Positions 48,818 through 61,575 are shown, counted from the first letter of the stretch. The stretch is 64,000 nt of DNA from an uncultured Clostridia bacterium (GCA_945915065.1 CAMEER010000004.1:5360-69359), one strand, 5' to 3'. Notes: generated by a model from the letters alone, not told the origin. Numbers and translations: made by a program.

Positions 48818-50005
48818 TTATTTTCGTTTTCCCAGCGCCTTCTGTCCCGCCTGATAGAGGTTTTCGGCGGTTTCCTTCAGTGTCTCTGCGGTTTCTTTCA
48901 GCCCTTCCTCCGCCGTGTGCAGCATCTCTTCTTTCACGTCGGCGATCAGCCGGCGCAGCACTTCGGAGACGATGCCCTTCTGCTTTCCGTCGGCGGCCAG
49001 ACGGCGCAGCAGATCCTTTTGCTGTACCTCCTCCAATGACCGCAGCTTGCCGCCCTGGGTGAACATGTCGAACAGTGCGGAGGAGAACTCTTCCCGTTCC
49101 TGCAGCGACAGGGAGGCGGTCCATTCCCGCAATACGTCATCGGACATCTTGGCCATTTCCGAGCGGCTTTCCAAACGAATGAACCGGCTGCCCAGCACGC
49201 CCCAGGTCAGCGGCTCGTGCTGCATGACGGCGCGGCTGTTGCTGGCCACCACGGCGTAATCCTCCGTGTGCTCCAGCAGCATCCCCACAATGGAGGCGGC
49301 GGGGATATAGGTGTGCAGCTTTTTTGCGATGCGACGGTATTCCGCCGTATCGGTGACGCTTTTGCGGAAGCCGGGGCCGTCATTGTTGTAGGCGTCCAGC
49401 AGCTTTGCCTGCAGCTCCTCCGGAATGTGCATGGCGGCATAGGCCGCCAGATTGCCGCCCTTGGAATGGCCGCCGATCCGCAGAAGACGGTCAGGGCAAT
49501 GGGCGGCCATGTCTGTCACATACTCCGTTGCGCCTACCTGCGCCGGGACAGCGTCCATAAAGCTGAGATTCAAATTTTCCTTCCAGCCGACCAATGACCG
49601 GTCAGTGCCCATAAAGGCGCAAAAGAGGGTGCCGTCCGGCACAAGGAAGGACAGCGCATCCAGCTGCATCTCCCGCTCCTCGTCCCGCACCGTTTCGTAG
49701 CCAAACATCCGCACCGATCCGAACCGGGCAGAATCGGCCGCCGCCTGCATCAGGGGAATGTAGTCGTTAGGAGACAGACCCTGCTGCTCATCCTCCGGCG
49801 TCATCCGGGACACGATCTCGCCCAGCGTCACTGCATCGTTGGGGTCACGGCTGCGCAGAGCGTCAAACCGGCGGAAGTTCAGATAGGTGATGATGCACAG
49901 AATAAGGTTATCGACCTCATTGAACGCATCCTGCGCAAAGGTCAGGTCGCCCCGCCAGCGCAGATAGTCAAATACCGTTTCCACAGTCTTTTCATTCTTG
50001 TCCAT
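48818..50005 (-). CDS. DUF2974 (Mbeg1-like) alpha/beta hydrolase
   Basis: DYLRWRGD, GWKEN, GGHSKGGNLA, DGPGF, SIVGML. Confidence 0.88.
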   Translation of the reverse strand: MDKNEKTVETVFDYLRWRGDLTFAQDAFNEVDNLILCIITYLNFRRFDALRSRDPNDAVTLGEIVSRMTPEDEQQGLSPNDYIPLMQAAADSARFGSVRMFGYETVRDEEREMQLDALSFLVPDGTLFCAFMGTDRSLVGWKENLNLSFMDAVPAQVGATEYVTDMAAHCPDRLLRIGGHSKGGNLAAYAAMHIPEELQAKLLDAYNNDGPGFRKSVTDTAEYRRIAKKLHTYIPAASIVGMLLEHTEDYAVVASNSRAVMQHEPLTWGVLGSRFIRLESRSEMAKMSDDVLREWTASLSLQEREEFSSALFDMFTQGGKLRSLEEVQQKDLLRRLAADGKQKGIVSEVLRRLIADVKEEMLHTAEEGLKETAETLKETAENLYQAGQKALGKRK

Positions 50006-50169
50006 GGCGCTTCCTTTCGCAAGTGGTATGATAGACAGTATACCATGTTTTTCTGCCCTGTGCAACGGCTGACCGGACAGTGAAGAAGCGTAAAAAAGAC
50101 CGGTACGGGAAAGGTGCTGCGTCTGCCGGGAAACCCTGTGGAAAAACCACGGATCTTTTACAATTTTTG

Positions 50170-50198
50170 TTGACATTTTACCCCTTTTTTTATATAGT
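50170..50198 (+). promoter_or_regulatory. SigA promoter of the pot operon
   Basis: TTGACA, 17 nt, TATAGT. Confidence 0.7.
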
Positions 50199-50314
50199 AA
50201 TCTTGCCATTTACGGCATGCCAAATTTCAACGAAAAATACAGGCCCGCTCCGGGTCGTCCGGTGAGTACAGAGAGAAGAGGCGAAAAATCTTTTTTACGA
50301 ACGGGGGAGGATAA

Positions 50315-51457
50315 ATGTCCAAAGAGTTGATTCGCCTGCGGAACCTCTGCATGGCGTTTGACGACGAGCTGGTTCTCGACAACATCAATCTTTACATCAA
50401 CGATTCCGAATTCCTCACACTGCTTGGGCCCAGCGGCTGCGGCAAGACCACAACGCTGCGGATCATCGGCGGGTTTACTACGCCCACTTCCGGTGATGTG
50501 ACCTTTGACGGTGTGAGGATCAATGACGTTCCGCCGCATAAGCGGCAGATCAACACGGTGTTCCAGAAATACGCCCTGTTTCCCCATTTGGACGTGTTTG
50601 AGAACGTGGCCTTCGGCCTGCGCATCGCCAAGGTGCCGCAGGACGAGGTGGAGCAGCGTGTGACGGAAATGCTGGAAGTGGTGTCCCTGAAGGGCTTTGA
50701 ACAGCGCCGCATCGACCAGCTTTCCGGCGGACAGCAGCAGCGTGTGGCCATCGCCAGGGCGCTGGTAAACCGGCCCAAGGTACTGCTGCTGGACGAGCCG
50801 CTGGGCGCACTGGATCTTCGGCTGCGCAAGGATATGCAGAACGAGCTGAAGCGTATCCAGCAGCAGATGGGGATCACCTTTATTTATGTGACCCACGATC
50901 AGGAAGAGGCCCTGACCATGTCCGACACCGTGGTGGTGATGGACAAGGGCCGCATCCAGCAGATCGGAACGCCGGAAGATATATATAATGAGCCGAAAAA
51001 CGCCTTCGTGGCGGACTTTATCGGCGAGAGCAACATCCTCAACGGGACAATGGTCCGTGACAATGTGGTGAAGATGTACGGCAAGGAGTTTCCCTGCGTG
51101 GACGGGGGCTTTGCCGAAAACGAGCCGGTGGACGTGGTCATCCGGCCGGAGGACATTGACATTGTCCCCATGGAGCAGGGCCAGCTGGTGGGTACCGTCA
51201 CCAACGTGACCTTCAAGGGGATGCAGTACGACATCATTGTGGACTTCCGGGGCTTCAAATGGCTGATCCAGACCACCGACCATTCGCCGGTGGGCGCCCG
51301 TATCGGCGTGAAGATCGACCCGGACGGCTTCCACATTATGAAAAAGAGTGAATACTCCGGTATGTTCGGCGACTACTCCTCCTATTCTGAGGAGTATGAG
51401 GAATTGGCGGACGCCAGCGCAGAGCTGGAAGAGGAGGAGAGCGAGGATGAAGAATAA
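50315..51457 (+). CDS. potA: Spermidine/putrescine ABC ATPase
   Basis: [20 protein letters not shown], operon context. Confidence 0.93.
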   Translation: MSKELIRLRNLCMAFDDELVLDNINLYINDSEFLTLLGPSGCGKTTTLRIIGGFTTPTSGDVTFDGVRINDVPPHKRQINTVFQKYALFPHLDVFENVAFGLRIAKVPQDEVEQRVTEMLEVVSLKGFEQRRIDQLSGGQQQRVAIARALVNRPKVLLLDEPLGALDLRLRKDMQNELKRIQQQMGITFIYVTHDQEEALTMSDTVVVMDKGRIQQIGTPEDIYNEPKNAFVADFIGESNILNGTMVRDNVVKMYGKEFPCVDGGFAENEPVDVVIRPEDIDIVPMEQGQLVGTVTNVTFKGMQYDIIVDFRGFKWLIQTTDHSPVGARIGVKIDPDGFHIMKKSEYSGMFGDYSSYSEEYEELADASAELEEEESEDEE

Positions 51458-52301
51458 GCTCTCCCGTTTCGCCGTGCCCTATGTGGTATGGATGGCCATC
51501 TTTGTGGTGGCGCCTATCCTCATTATGGTGCTGTACGCCTTCTCCAACGGAGAGGGCGGGGCAACGCTGTCCAACTTTGTCCAGATGGGCGATTACGCGG
51601 CAGTGTTCGGCCGCTCCTTCAAGCTGGCACTGATCGCCACCGCGATCTGCCTGTTGATCGGGTATCCCGTGTCCTATTACCTCAGCCGGGAGGGCGCCTC
51701 CTTCCAGCGGACGGCCATGGTGCTGATCATGCTGCCCATGTGGATGAACTTCCTGCTGCGCACCTATTCGTGGATGACCATTCTGGAGAACAACGGCCTT
51801 CTCAACCAGCTGTTCCAGAAGATCGGCCTGATCGCACTGTATAATCAGCTGACCGGCAGCAATCTGGAGTACTTCTCCATGATAAACACCCAGGGCGCGG
51901 TCGTGCTGGGCATGGTGTATAACTACCTGCCCTTTATGATCCTGCCTATCTATTCTGTCATTGTGAAGCTGGATTATTCACTGCTGGAGGCAGCCCGGGA
52001 TCTGGGCGCCAACAATGTGACCGTGTTCCGCAAGGTGATACTGCCCCTGTCGCTTCCCGGCGTGCTGTCGGGGATCACCATGGTATTCGTGCCGTCGGTA
52101 TCCACGTTTGCCATCAGCCGTATGCTGGGCGGCGGAACGGAGCTGCTGCTGGGCGATCTCATCGAACGGCAGTTCCTGGGCGGTGCGTACAACCCCCAGC
52201 TGGGTGCGGCCATCTCACTGGTCATGATGATCATTGTGGTCATCTGTATGCTGGTGATGAACCGCTTTGGCGAGGGTGAAGAACAGGCGGTGATGCTATG
52301 A
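51447..52301 (+). CDS. potB: Spermidine/putrescine ABC permease
   Basis: [33 protein letters not shown]. Confidence 0.93.
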   Translation: MKNKLSRFAVPYVVWMAIFVVAPILIMVLYAFSNGEGGATLSNFVQMGDYAAVFGRSFKLALIATAICLLIGYPVSYYLSREGASFQRTAMVLIMLPMWMNFLLRTYSWMTILENNGLLNQLFQKIGLIALYNQLTGSNLEYFSMINTQGAVVLGMVYNYLPFMILPIYSVIVKLDYSLLEAARDLGANNVTVFRKVILPLSLPGVLSGITMVFVPSVSTFAISRMLGGGTELLLGDLIERQFLGGAYNPQLGAAISLVMMIIVVICMLVMNRFGEGEEQAVML

Positions 52302-54292
52302 GACAGCGAAGCGCCAATTCCGCAGGCAACCGCCTGCTGATGATCCTGACGGGCCTGTTTTTGTACGCCCCCATCATCATCCTGATCGTGTTTTCTTTCA
52401 ACGCCGGTACCAGCTCCAGTGTGTGGAAGGGTTTTTCCCTTCACTGGTACGCACAGCTGTTCCAGAATCGTCTCATCATGCACAGCGTGTACATCACGCT
52501 GTTGGTGTCCCTGCTGGCCACAGTCATCGCCACCATCGCCGGCACCTTTGCCGCCATCGGCTTTTACGGTATGCGCCGTAAGGCCCGCAACGGCCTGTTG
52601 GCCGTCAACAATATCCCCATGATGAACGCCGATATCGTCACGGGTGTCAGCCTGTGCCTGCTGTTTGTGGTGTTCTTCAATGGCTGGGGCGCTTTTGCCG
52701 GATGGGTCAACAGCTGGCAGTCGGTCATCGTGCTGCCGGAGCGGCTGACCCTGGGCTTCGGTACGCTGCTGATCGCCCACATCTGCTTCAACATCCCCTA
52801 TGTGATCCTGTCCGTGGGCCCCAAGCTGCGGCAGATGGACCGCAATCTGGTGGACGCGGCCCAGGATTTGGGCTGCACCTGGATGCAGGCCTTCTGGAAG
52901 GTCATCATCCCGGAGATCAAACCCGGTATCATCTCCGGCGCGCTGACGGCGTTCACCATGTCCATTGATGATTTTATCATCAGCTATTTCACCGCGGGCA
53001 CCAGCGCCAGCACGCTGGCCATGACCATCTACGGTATGACCAAAAAGCGTGTCAGCCCGGAGATCAACGCCATCTCCACGCTGCTGTTCGTCACGGTGAT
53101 CCTGCTGCTGGCCCTGATCAACATTCGTGAAAACCACATCCAGAGCCATAGCCATCACCATCACCGTGAGGCTGCTGTCCACACTCCTGCGCCCCGAAAA
53201 AAGGGCGGCGGTATGTGGAAAAAGGTGGCGGCAGGCGGTCTTGCCTGTGTGCTGCTGGCGGTGCTGATTTTTACCGGCAGCGCTGCCCGTTCTGACCGGG
53301 TGGTGAATGTGTGCTCCTGGGGCGAATACATCGACGAGGACCTCATCACCCAGTTCGAGGAGGAGACCGGCATCCGCGTCAACTATCAGACGGCGGAGAG
53401 CAACGAGGCGCTGTATTCCCTGATTAAGATGGGCGGCGCGGACTTCGATGTGATCGTGCCCTCCGACTATATGATCGGACGGCTGATCGAGGAGGGTATG
53501 CTGGCGGAGCTGGATTACAGCGCCATCCCCAACTATGACCTGATCGACGACCAGTACAAGGGCCTCAGCTATGATCCGGAAAATAAGTACACCGTTCCTT
53601 ACACATGGGGCACCGTGGGCATCATCTACAACACGACGATGGTATCGGAGCCGATCACCAGCTGGAGCGCCATGTTTGACGAGCAGTACGCCGGACAGGT
53701 GCTGATGATCAACAACTCCCGCGACGCGCTGATGGCGGCCCTGTGCTGCCTGGGCTATGATATCAACACCACTGACGAGGGACAGCTGGAGGAGGCTTTC
53801 CAGCTGATCTGTGACGCCAAGGAGAAGGGCGTGTATCAGGCCTTCGTCATGGATGAGATCTTCGGCAAGATGGAGGGCGGCAACGCTGCCATCGCCATGT
53901 ACTACGCCGGCGACTACCTGACCATGCTGGACAATAACGAGGATCTGGCCTATGTGGTCCCGGAGGAAGGCTCCAACTGGTTCGTGGACGCCATGTGTGT
54001 GCTGAAGTCCAGCCAGCATCAGGATGAGGCGGCGGAGTGGATCAACTTCATTGCCGGGACCGATGCCAATCTGGCCAATATGGACTATATCTGGTACGCT
54101 TCCCCCAACGCTGAGGCGCTGGCGGAATACCCCGCCTATTACGAGGAGGAGTACGGCGAGCCGCTGGACGAGGAGATCTACAACATCATGGCCGCGCCGC
54201 CCGAGGTGCTGGCGCGCTGCGAGCTGTATATCAATCTGCCGCAGGAGACACTGAAATTCTATAACGACCTGTGGACGCGGCTGGGTATTTAG
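52298..54292 (+). CDS. Fused PotC permease and PotD binding protein
   Basis: PotC (FLYAPI, DAAQDLG, PEINAIS) in frame with PotD (WGEYID, PSDYM, PYTWGTVG, PEEGSNWFVD). Confidence 0.92.
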   Translation: MRQRSANSAGNRLLMILTGLFLYAPIIILIVFSFNAGTSSSVWKGFSLHWYAQLFQNRLIMHSVYITLLVSLLATVIATIAGTFAAIGFYGMRRKARNGLLAVNNIPMMNADIVTGVSLCLLFVVFFNGWGAFAGWVNSWQSVIVLPERLTLGFGTLLIAHICFNIPYVILSVGPKLRQMDRNLVDAAQDLGCTWMQAFWKVIIPEIKPGIISGALTAFTMSIDDFIISYFTAGTSASTLAMTIYGMTKKRVSPEINAISTLLFVTVILLLALINIRENHIQSHSHHHHREAAVHTPAPRKKGGGMWKKVAAGGLACVLLAVLIFTGSAARSDRVVNVCSWGEYIDEDLITQFEEETGIRVNYQTAESNEALYSLIKMGGADFDVIVPSDYMIGRLIEEGMLAELDYSAIPNYDLIDDQYKGLSYDPENKYTVPYTWGTVGIIYNTTMVSEPITSWSAMFDEQYAGQVLMINNSRDALMAALCCLGYDINTTDEGQLEEAFQLICDAKEKGVYQAFVMDEIFGKMEGGNAAIAMYYAGDYLTMLDNNEDLAYVVPEEGSNWFVDAMCVLKSSQHQDEAAEWINFIAGTDANLANMDYIWYASPNAEALAEYPAYYEEEYGEPLDEEIYNIMAAPPEVLARCELYINLPQETLKFYNDLWTRLGI

Positions 54293-54314
54293 TGTATATA
54301 CAGGAGGACGCTTT

Positions 54315-54716
54315 ATGATCGAGATCGGCATGACCTATACCGTGGAAAAGAACGTGACCCCCGATATGACCGCCAAGGCTGTTGGCTCCGGCGGATTGGA
54401 GGTATTCGGCACCCCCTATATGATGGGGCTGATGGAGTGTGCCGCCATGTGGTGCGTGCAGAAGGAGCTGCCGGAGGGCAAGGGTACCGTGGGCGTGGAG
54501 ATCGCCTCCAGCCATCTGGCACCCACGCCTGTGGGCATGAAAGTTACCGCCACCGCGGAGGTGACGGACGTGTCTGCCAACGGCAAGATGATCACCTTCA
54601 AGGTGACGGCTTCCGACGCCGAGGGGCTGATCGGAGAGGGTACCCATACTCGCGCTGTTATCGACAATGCCCGTTTTTTGCACAAGTGCAATGACAAGCT
54701 TGCGCGCATGAAATGA
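54315..54716 (+). CDS. FlK-like hotdog-fold thioesterase
   Basis: GSGGLEVFGTP..MGLME, TVG...SHLAPTPVG. Confidence 0.9.
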   Translation: MIEIGMTYTVEKNVTPDMTAKAVGSGGLEVFGTPYMMGLMECAAMWCVQKELPEGKGTVGVEIASSHLAPTPVGMKVTATAEVTDVSANGKMITFKVTASDAEGLIGEGTHTRAVIDNARFLHKCNDKLARMK

Positions 54717-54727
54717 CCGATACCTTT

Positions 54728-54758
54728 GAAAATCCCGTCCGCGAGGACGGGATTTTTA
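54728..54758 (+). terminator. Intrinsic terminator
   Basis: AAAATCCCGTCC-GCGA-GGACGGGATTTTT. Confidence 0.85.
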
Positions 54759-54823
54759 TTGCTCCTGTGGACAGAGTTTGCTATAATAGATAAATCAATC
54801 ATGGCAGGGAAGGGGAGAGGCAC

Positions 54824-57112
54824 ATGCGTGTTTTGGCAACGGCGGCATTCTCCTTTTCCGTTGCTGTTCTGACAGCGGTGCTGATGCCCGAGACCGGCTG
54901 GTATGTCTATGCCGCGGCGGCGCTGGCTGTGTCGGCGATGGCCGCTCTGCTGTTTGGCAGACGCCGGCGCTGGGGCCGGCGCGCGGCATTGATCGGCTTT
55001 TCCACCGCTGTTGCCCTACTGTATTTTACCGGCTATCAGCAGCTGGTGCAGCAGCCGGTGCTGGATCGATGCGGTCAGGAGCTGCCCTTTACCGGCGTGG
55101 TCTGTGACTATGGCACGGAGAGCACATACGGGGCAAAGGTGACGGTGCAGATCGACGGCTCCCGGTTCCGGAAAGCCGTCTTGTACGGGGATGAGTCACT
55201 GCTGTCGCTCCGGCCGGGAAATGTGGTCACCGGAACGGCACAGTGGAACGACGCCTCTCAAATCAATGAAAACCGTCTGACCTCCTTTACCTCACGGGGC
55301 GTTTACGCATTGCTGTATCAAAGGGGAGAACTCTCCGTAAGCGAAGGAACGGCGGACAGCGTTCGCTGGTGGCCTGCCGGAATGAACCGCGCTTTTCAGG
55401 AGAAAATACGTGCCATCTGGGCGGATGAACGGGTATCGGCTTTTGTTGCCGCTGAGCTGACCGGTGAAAAATATGACATCTCTGACGAGGATTATACCGC
55501 CATGAAGGGTGCGGGACTGGCCCACCTGTTCGCGGTGTCCGGACTGCACTGTGCCTTTCTGGTGACGCTGCTGGCGCTGCTGCTCCCCCGACACCGCAGG
55601 CGGCTGTTCTGCGGCGTGACCATCGGCGTGCTGCTGTTCTATATGTGCATGGTGGGCATGACGCCCTCAGTGGTGCGCGCCGTCGTCATGCAGATCTTTT
55701 TGCTGATCGCGCCCCTTTTCAAACGGGACAGCGATCCCCTTACCAGCCTGGGCGCGGCGCTGCTGGTGATCCTGCTTTGCAATCCCTTTGCTGCCGCCTC
55801 CGTCAGCCTGCAGCTGAGCTTTGCGGCTACCTTTGGCATTGTGATCCTGTCCGGGCGGCTGTATAAGCTGTTCTATGACTGGTATCAGGGCGACAGAAAA
55901 TGGCTGCGGCGGGCGCTCTCCTTTGGATGCGCCAATTTGGCGGTGTCGTTGAGCGCCATGATCTGCACCGTGCCGCTGACGGCCTGCTATTACAATACGC
56001 TTTCGCTGGTGTCACCGCTGGCCAGCCTGCTGGCGGTACCCATTGCCGGATACAGCTTTGTGACCGCGTTCATTGCCGTGCTGGCAGGGTTTGTATGGCT
56101 TCCGCTGGCGCAGGCGCTGGGCTGGATCACCTTTGGGCTGATTCACGCGGTACTGTGGTTGGCCTATGGCTTGACCCGCTGGCGATATCACGCGGTCTAT
56201 TTTGACAATCCGTATCTGCGGATCTGGCTGGCAGGCAGCTATCTGGGCTTTGGCCTGTGCGCGGCGGTGAAGCGATGGCGCAAGCGAAAATATCTCTTTG
56301 CCGCGGCGGTTTCGGTACTGACGCTGCTGCTGGCCATTTGGGGCAATACCCTGCTGTACCGCGCCGGCGACATGAACGTAACGGTGATGGATGTGGGGCA
56401 GGGGGAAAGTGTGGCGCTGTACGCCAACGGAGAAGCCATGCTGGTGGACTGCGGCAGCAGCAACAGTTTTATCGACGCCGGTGCCCGCGTATCCAACGAA
56501 CTGGAGGCGATGGGCTTCCACCGTCTCAAGGCGGTAGTCGTTACCCATTTTCACGCGGATCATACCAACGGCCTGTATACGCTGCTGACCCGGCTGCGGG
56601 TGGATACGCTGTACCTGCCGGATATCGAAGATGAATACGGCGTCCGGGAACGATTGGTGGAACTGGCTGAAAAGAACGGGATCGACGTGATGTGGGTAAC
56701 GCGCACCACGCTGGCGGTGGTTGGTGATATCACCGTGACGATCTACCCTCCGGTGGGCGAGGGAGACATGAACGAGCAGGGCCTGTCCGTACTGGGCAGC
56801 GCCAACGATCTTGATGTGCTGATCACCGGCGACATGAAAGGCGACACGGAACGGGCGCTGATTGCCAAATATCCCATCCCGGATATCGAGATATTGGTCG
56901 TGGGACATCACGGATCCAAATATAGCTCTGACGAAACGTTTCTGGCGGCGGTAAAGCCGGAGATTGCCGTGATCAGCGTGGGCGACAACAGCTATGGCCA
57001 TCCCACGCCGGAGGCGATTCAGCGGCTGGAAACGGCAGGCGCATCGGTGCGCCGCACCGACGAGGAAGGCAGTATCACCATTCACGGAGGAGAAGAATAT
57101 GGCGGAGAATAA
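54824..57112 (+). CDS. comEC: DNA uptake channel ComEC/Rec2
   Basis: HLFAVSGLH, SVVRA, QLSFAA, DVGQGE, THFHADH, HHGS. Confidence 0.95.
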   Translation: MRVLATAAFSFSVAVLTAVLMPETGWYVYAAAALAVSAMAALLFGRRRRWGRRAALIGFSTAVALLYFTGYQQLVQQPVLDRCGQELPFTGVVCDYGTESTYGAKVTVQIDGSRFRKAVLYGDESLLSLRPGNVVTGTAQWNDASQINENRLTSFTSRGVYALLYQRGELSVSEGTADSVRWWPAGMNRAFQEKIRAIWADERVSAFVAAELTGEKYDISDEDYTAMKGAGLAHLFAVSGLHCAFLVTLLALLLPRHRRRLFCGVTIGVLLFYMCMVGMTPSVVRAVVMQIFLLIAPLFKRDSDPLTSLGAALLVILLCNPFAAASVSLQLSFAATFGIVILSGRLYKLFYDWYQGDRKWLRRALSFGCANLAVSLSAMICTVPLTACYYNTLSLVSPLASLLAVPIAGYSFVTAFIAVLAGFVWLPLAQALGWITFGLIHAVLWLAYGLTRWRYHAVYFDNPYLRIWLAGSYLGFGLCAAVKRWRKRKYLFAAAVSVLTLLLAIWGNTLLYRAGDMNVTVMDVGQGESVALYANGEAMLVDCGSSNSFIDAGARVSNELEAMGFHRLKAVVVTHFHADHTNGLYTLLTRLRVDTLYLPDIEDEYGVRERLVELAEKNGIDVMWVTRTTLAVVGDITVTIYPPVGEGDMNEQGLSVLGSANDLDVLITGDMKGDTERALIAKYPIPDIEILVVGHHGSKYSSDETFLAAVKPEIAVISVGDNSYGHPTPEAIQRLETAGASVRRTDEEGSITIHGGEEYGGE

Positions 57113-58130
57113 AGGCTTTGCCTGTCTGAAAGCTGACCTGAAGGAAGAGCAGCTGCAAAATGTGTATATTTTTTACGGCGAGGAGACATATCTCCGCACC
57201 CGCTATCTCCAGCAGGTGCGCCAATTGCTGATCCCCGCCGGGTTTGAGGAGTTCAACGACCACCATCTCAACGGAAAGGGGCTGACGGTGCAGACGCTGA
57301 CCGAAACGGTGGAGGCGATGCCCATGATGGCTCAGCACACCCTGGTGACGGTGGAGGACATGGACATTTTCAAGCTGGACGAGGGGCAGCGCAATGCCCT
57401 GATCGCGCTGCTGGAGGATTTTCCGGAGTACTGCACGCTGATCTTTGTATACGACACAGTGGAGTATAAGCGGGACGGCAAGATGAAAAAGCTGTGCGCC
57501 GCGCTGGACAATCACGCCTGTGTGGTGGAATTTGCCCAGCAGGAGCGGGCGCAACTGATCAACTGGCTGCGCCGCCGGTTCATGGCGCTGGGTCATGATA
57601 TCGACCCTGCCGCCGCCGACCACTTGCTGTTCACCTGCGGCACCCTGATGACGGAGCTGGTGCCGGAGATCGAGAAGATCGCCGCATACGCCAAGCAGGA
57701 GCGGATCACCATTGAGGACATCAACGCCGTGGCCGACCCTGTGCTGGACGCCCGCGTGTTCGACATGACCAACTGCATCACCGCGGGGAAGTACGATGAC
57801 GCGGCAAAGGTACTGTCCGACCTGCTGCGGATGCAGACGGAGCCCATCGTGATTCTGGCGGCGGTGGGGAAGGAGCTGCGGCGGCTGTATACGGCCCGTA
57901 TGGCACTGGACGCGGGGAAGGACCGCTTTTGGCTCAAGCAGCTTTGGAATATGAGCAGCGACTATCCCGCCAAGCTGCTTCTGCAGGCGGCCAAAAAGGT
58001 GGATCATGACTGGTGCAGCAGCGCCGTTGTCCGCTGCCAGAAGCTGGACCGCCGCATGAAAAGCGAACGGGGCATGGACAGCGAGGCGGAGCTGAAGCTG
58101 TTTTTGATGGAATTGGCAGGTGCGCGATGA
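57099..58130 (+). CDS. holA: DNA polymerase III delta subunit
   Basis: YIFYGEETYL, EIEKI, VFDMT; follows comEC. Confidence 0.92.
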   Translation: MAENKGFACLKADLKEEQLQNVYIFYGEETYLRTRYLQQVRQLLIPAGFEEFNDHHLNGKGLTVQTLTETVEAMPMMAQHTLVTVEDMDIFKLDEGQRNALIALLEDFPEYCTLIFVYDTVEYKRDGKMKKLCAALDNHACVVEFAQQERAQLINWLRRRFMALGHDIDPAAADHLLFTCGTLMTELVPEIEKIAAYAKQERITIEDINAVADPVLDARVFDMTNCITAGKYDDAAKVLSDLLRMQTEPIVILAAVGKELRRLYTARMALDAGKDRFWLKQLWNMSSDYPAKLLLQAAKKVDHDWCSSAVVRCQKLDRRMKSERGMDSEAELKLFLMELAGAR

Positions 58131-58702
58131 AGCCCCGCATCCATGAGGTCATCATTGTGGAGGGCCGCTACGACAAAAACGCGCTTTCCCAGGTGGTGGA
58201 CGCTGTGATCCTCACCACAGAGGGCTTCGGCGTGTTCCGGGATAAGGAGAAGCTGGCCTATTTCCGCCGCCTGGCGGAAAGGCGGGGCGTGATTTTGCTG
58301 ACCGATCCTGACGGCGCGGGCTTTGTCATCCGTAATTACCTCAAGGGTGCCCTGCCGCAGCAGCAGGTGAAGCAGGCCTACGTCCCCGATGTGGCCGGCA
58401 AGGAGCGCCGTAAGCGCAAGGGCGGCAAGGAGGGCAAGCTGGGGGTGGAGGGAATGTCCCCCAATGTGCTGCTGACGGCGCTGCGGCGCTGCGGCGCCAC
58501 CTTTGAGGGGGAAGAACACGTTCCGGAAAGCGCCGGCATCACCCGTGCCGATTTGATGGACAAGGGGCTCATCGGCCCCGGCAGCGCGTCACGCCGCGCC
58601 GTACTGCTGCAAACGCTGCAATTGCCGGAGCATCTGACCACCGCAGGGCTGCTGGACGCTTTGAATCTGCTGCTGACAAGGGCGGAGTTTGACGCGCTGT
58701 AA
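58127..58702 (+). CDS. rnmV: Ribonuclease M5-like Toprim/DUF4093 protein
   Basis: IIVEGRYD, LTDPDGAG..IR, LGVEG. Confidence 0.8.
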   Translation: MKPRIHEVIIVEGRYDKNALSQVVDAVILTTEGFGVFRDKEKLAYFRRLAERRGVILLTDPDGAGFVIRNYLKGALPQQQVKQAYVPDVAGKERRKRKGGKEGKLGVEGMSPNVLLTALRRCGATFEGEEHVPESAGITRADLMDKGLIGPGSASRRAVLLQTLQLPEHLTTAGLLDALNLLLTRAEFDAL

Positions 58703-58807
58703 AAAGCGGAGCGGAAAGCGGCAAAAGGCTTGCAATCCGGCCTGCAATAGCATATAATACGTTATTGGCTTTTGCCGCAAAATACGACTGATAAGGAGTG
58801 TGAGACA

Positions 58808-60553
<1,746 letters not shown>

Positions 60554-60572
60554 AAACGGCTTTTGCCGTGTG

Positions 60573-60597
60573 AAATGCCGCTGTTACAGCGGCATTT
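60573..60597 (+). terminator. Terminator hairpin
   Basis: AAATGCCGCTG-TTA-CAGCGGCATTT. Confidence 0.65.
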
Positions 60598-60767
60598 CCA
60601 ACACTATCGAGTTAGCAAAAACTAACTATAAAGAACGGCATCTATGTCTGCGGTGGTCATGGGCGATGCCTGTACTTTCTCATGAAAAGAAGAGACTGTT
60701 CGGACACTTGAAAAAATAGGAGAAATACCGTATACTGAGAGCGTATAACTTGCAGGAGGTACGGCGA

Positions 60768-61406
60768 ATGAACGATTTTATGGCTCGCTTTTCCATCAAT
60801 TGCCACAGCAGTATCCGCTGCGGCGGCGACATGGTGCTGTGGTTCGATCCCTTTCGGGTGGCGGACGCGCCACATGACGGCGATGTAATCTTTATTACCC
60901 ATGAGCATTACGACCACTTTTCTCCTGAAGATATCCAACGGGTGATGAAGCCGGACGCCGTGATCGTTCTGCCGGAGTCCTGCCGTGACGCGGCACTCAC
61001 AGCGGGATTTGCCCTCGACCGGCTGGTGACGGTGCAGCCCGGAGAGACGTATCAGATCCATGGGGTGTCTTTCGAGACTGTGGCTGCCTATAACATCGGG
61101 AAAAAATTCCATCCGCAGGCCAGCCGATGGGTGGGCTATGTGGTGACGGTGGGTGGCCGGCGTGTCTATGTCGCCGGTGATACCGACAATACGCCGGAGA
61201 CCCGTGCTGTTCGGTGCAATGCGGCTTTCCTGCCGGTGGGCGGCACCTATACCATGACAGCGGCGGAAGCGGCGGCTCTGGCCAATGCCATTCGTCCGCA
61301 GACAGCCGTCCCAACCCACTACGGCTCCATTGTAGGTGAAAAGAGAGACGGCAGCATGTTCGCCGCGGCGTTGGACGGTAGTATCCAATGCGTGAAACTG
61401 ATTTGA
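60768..61406 (+). CDS. MBL-fold metallo-hydrolase
   Basis: THEHYDH, YVAGDT, LPVGGTYTM, PTHYG. Confidence 0.9.
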   Translation: MNDFMARFSINCHSSIRCGGDMVLWFDPFRVADAPHDGDVIFITHEHYDHFSPEDIQRVMKPDAVIVLPESCRDAALTAGFALDRLVTVQPGETYQIHGVSFETVAAYNIGKKFHPQASRWVGYVVTVGGRRVYVAGDTDNTPETRAVRCNAAFLPVGGTYTMTAAEAAALANAIRPQTAVPTHYGSIVGEKRDGSMFAAALDGSIQCVKLI

Positions 61407-61575
61407 AAACAATTTGATGGAGACGGGCCGGAGTTTCCGGGGAGCAGGTCAGCAATGCGTCGCCGCCCAATACCGGTAAATTTTCTGTGAAATGCGGTGT
61501 GAGGTTTGCAAAAGACGGTCAAGCCTGCTATACTGATAAAAAAATAAATTCATTCGGCAGGAGGAAACGATCTCC

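Noticed and set aside
50232-50285. Resemblance of the potA leader to a guanidine-III (ykkC-III) riboswitch
   Set aside because: CCGG...CCGGT-AG-AC is superficially similar, but the ACGA loop and pseudoknot pairing are missing.
60639-60647. Third hit to the element core (CATCTATGT)
   Set aside because: Only 9 nt match, flanks are unrelated and no cassette follows.
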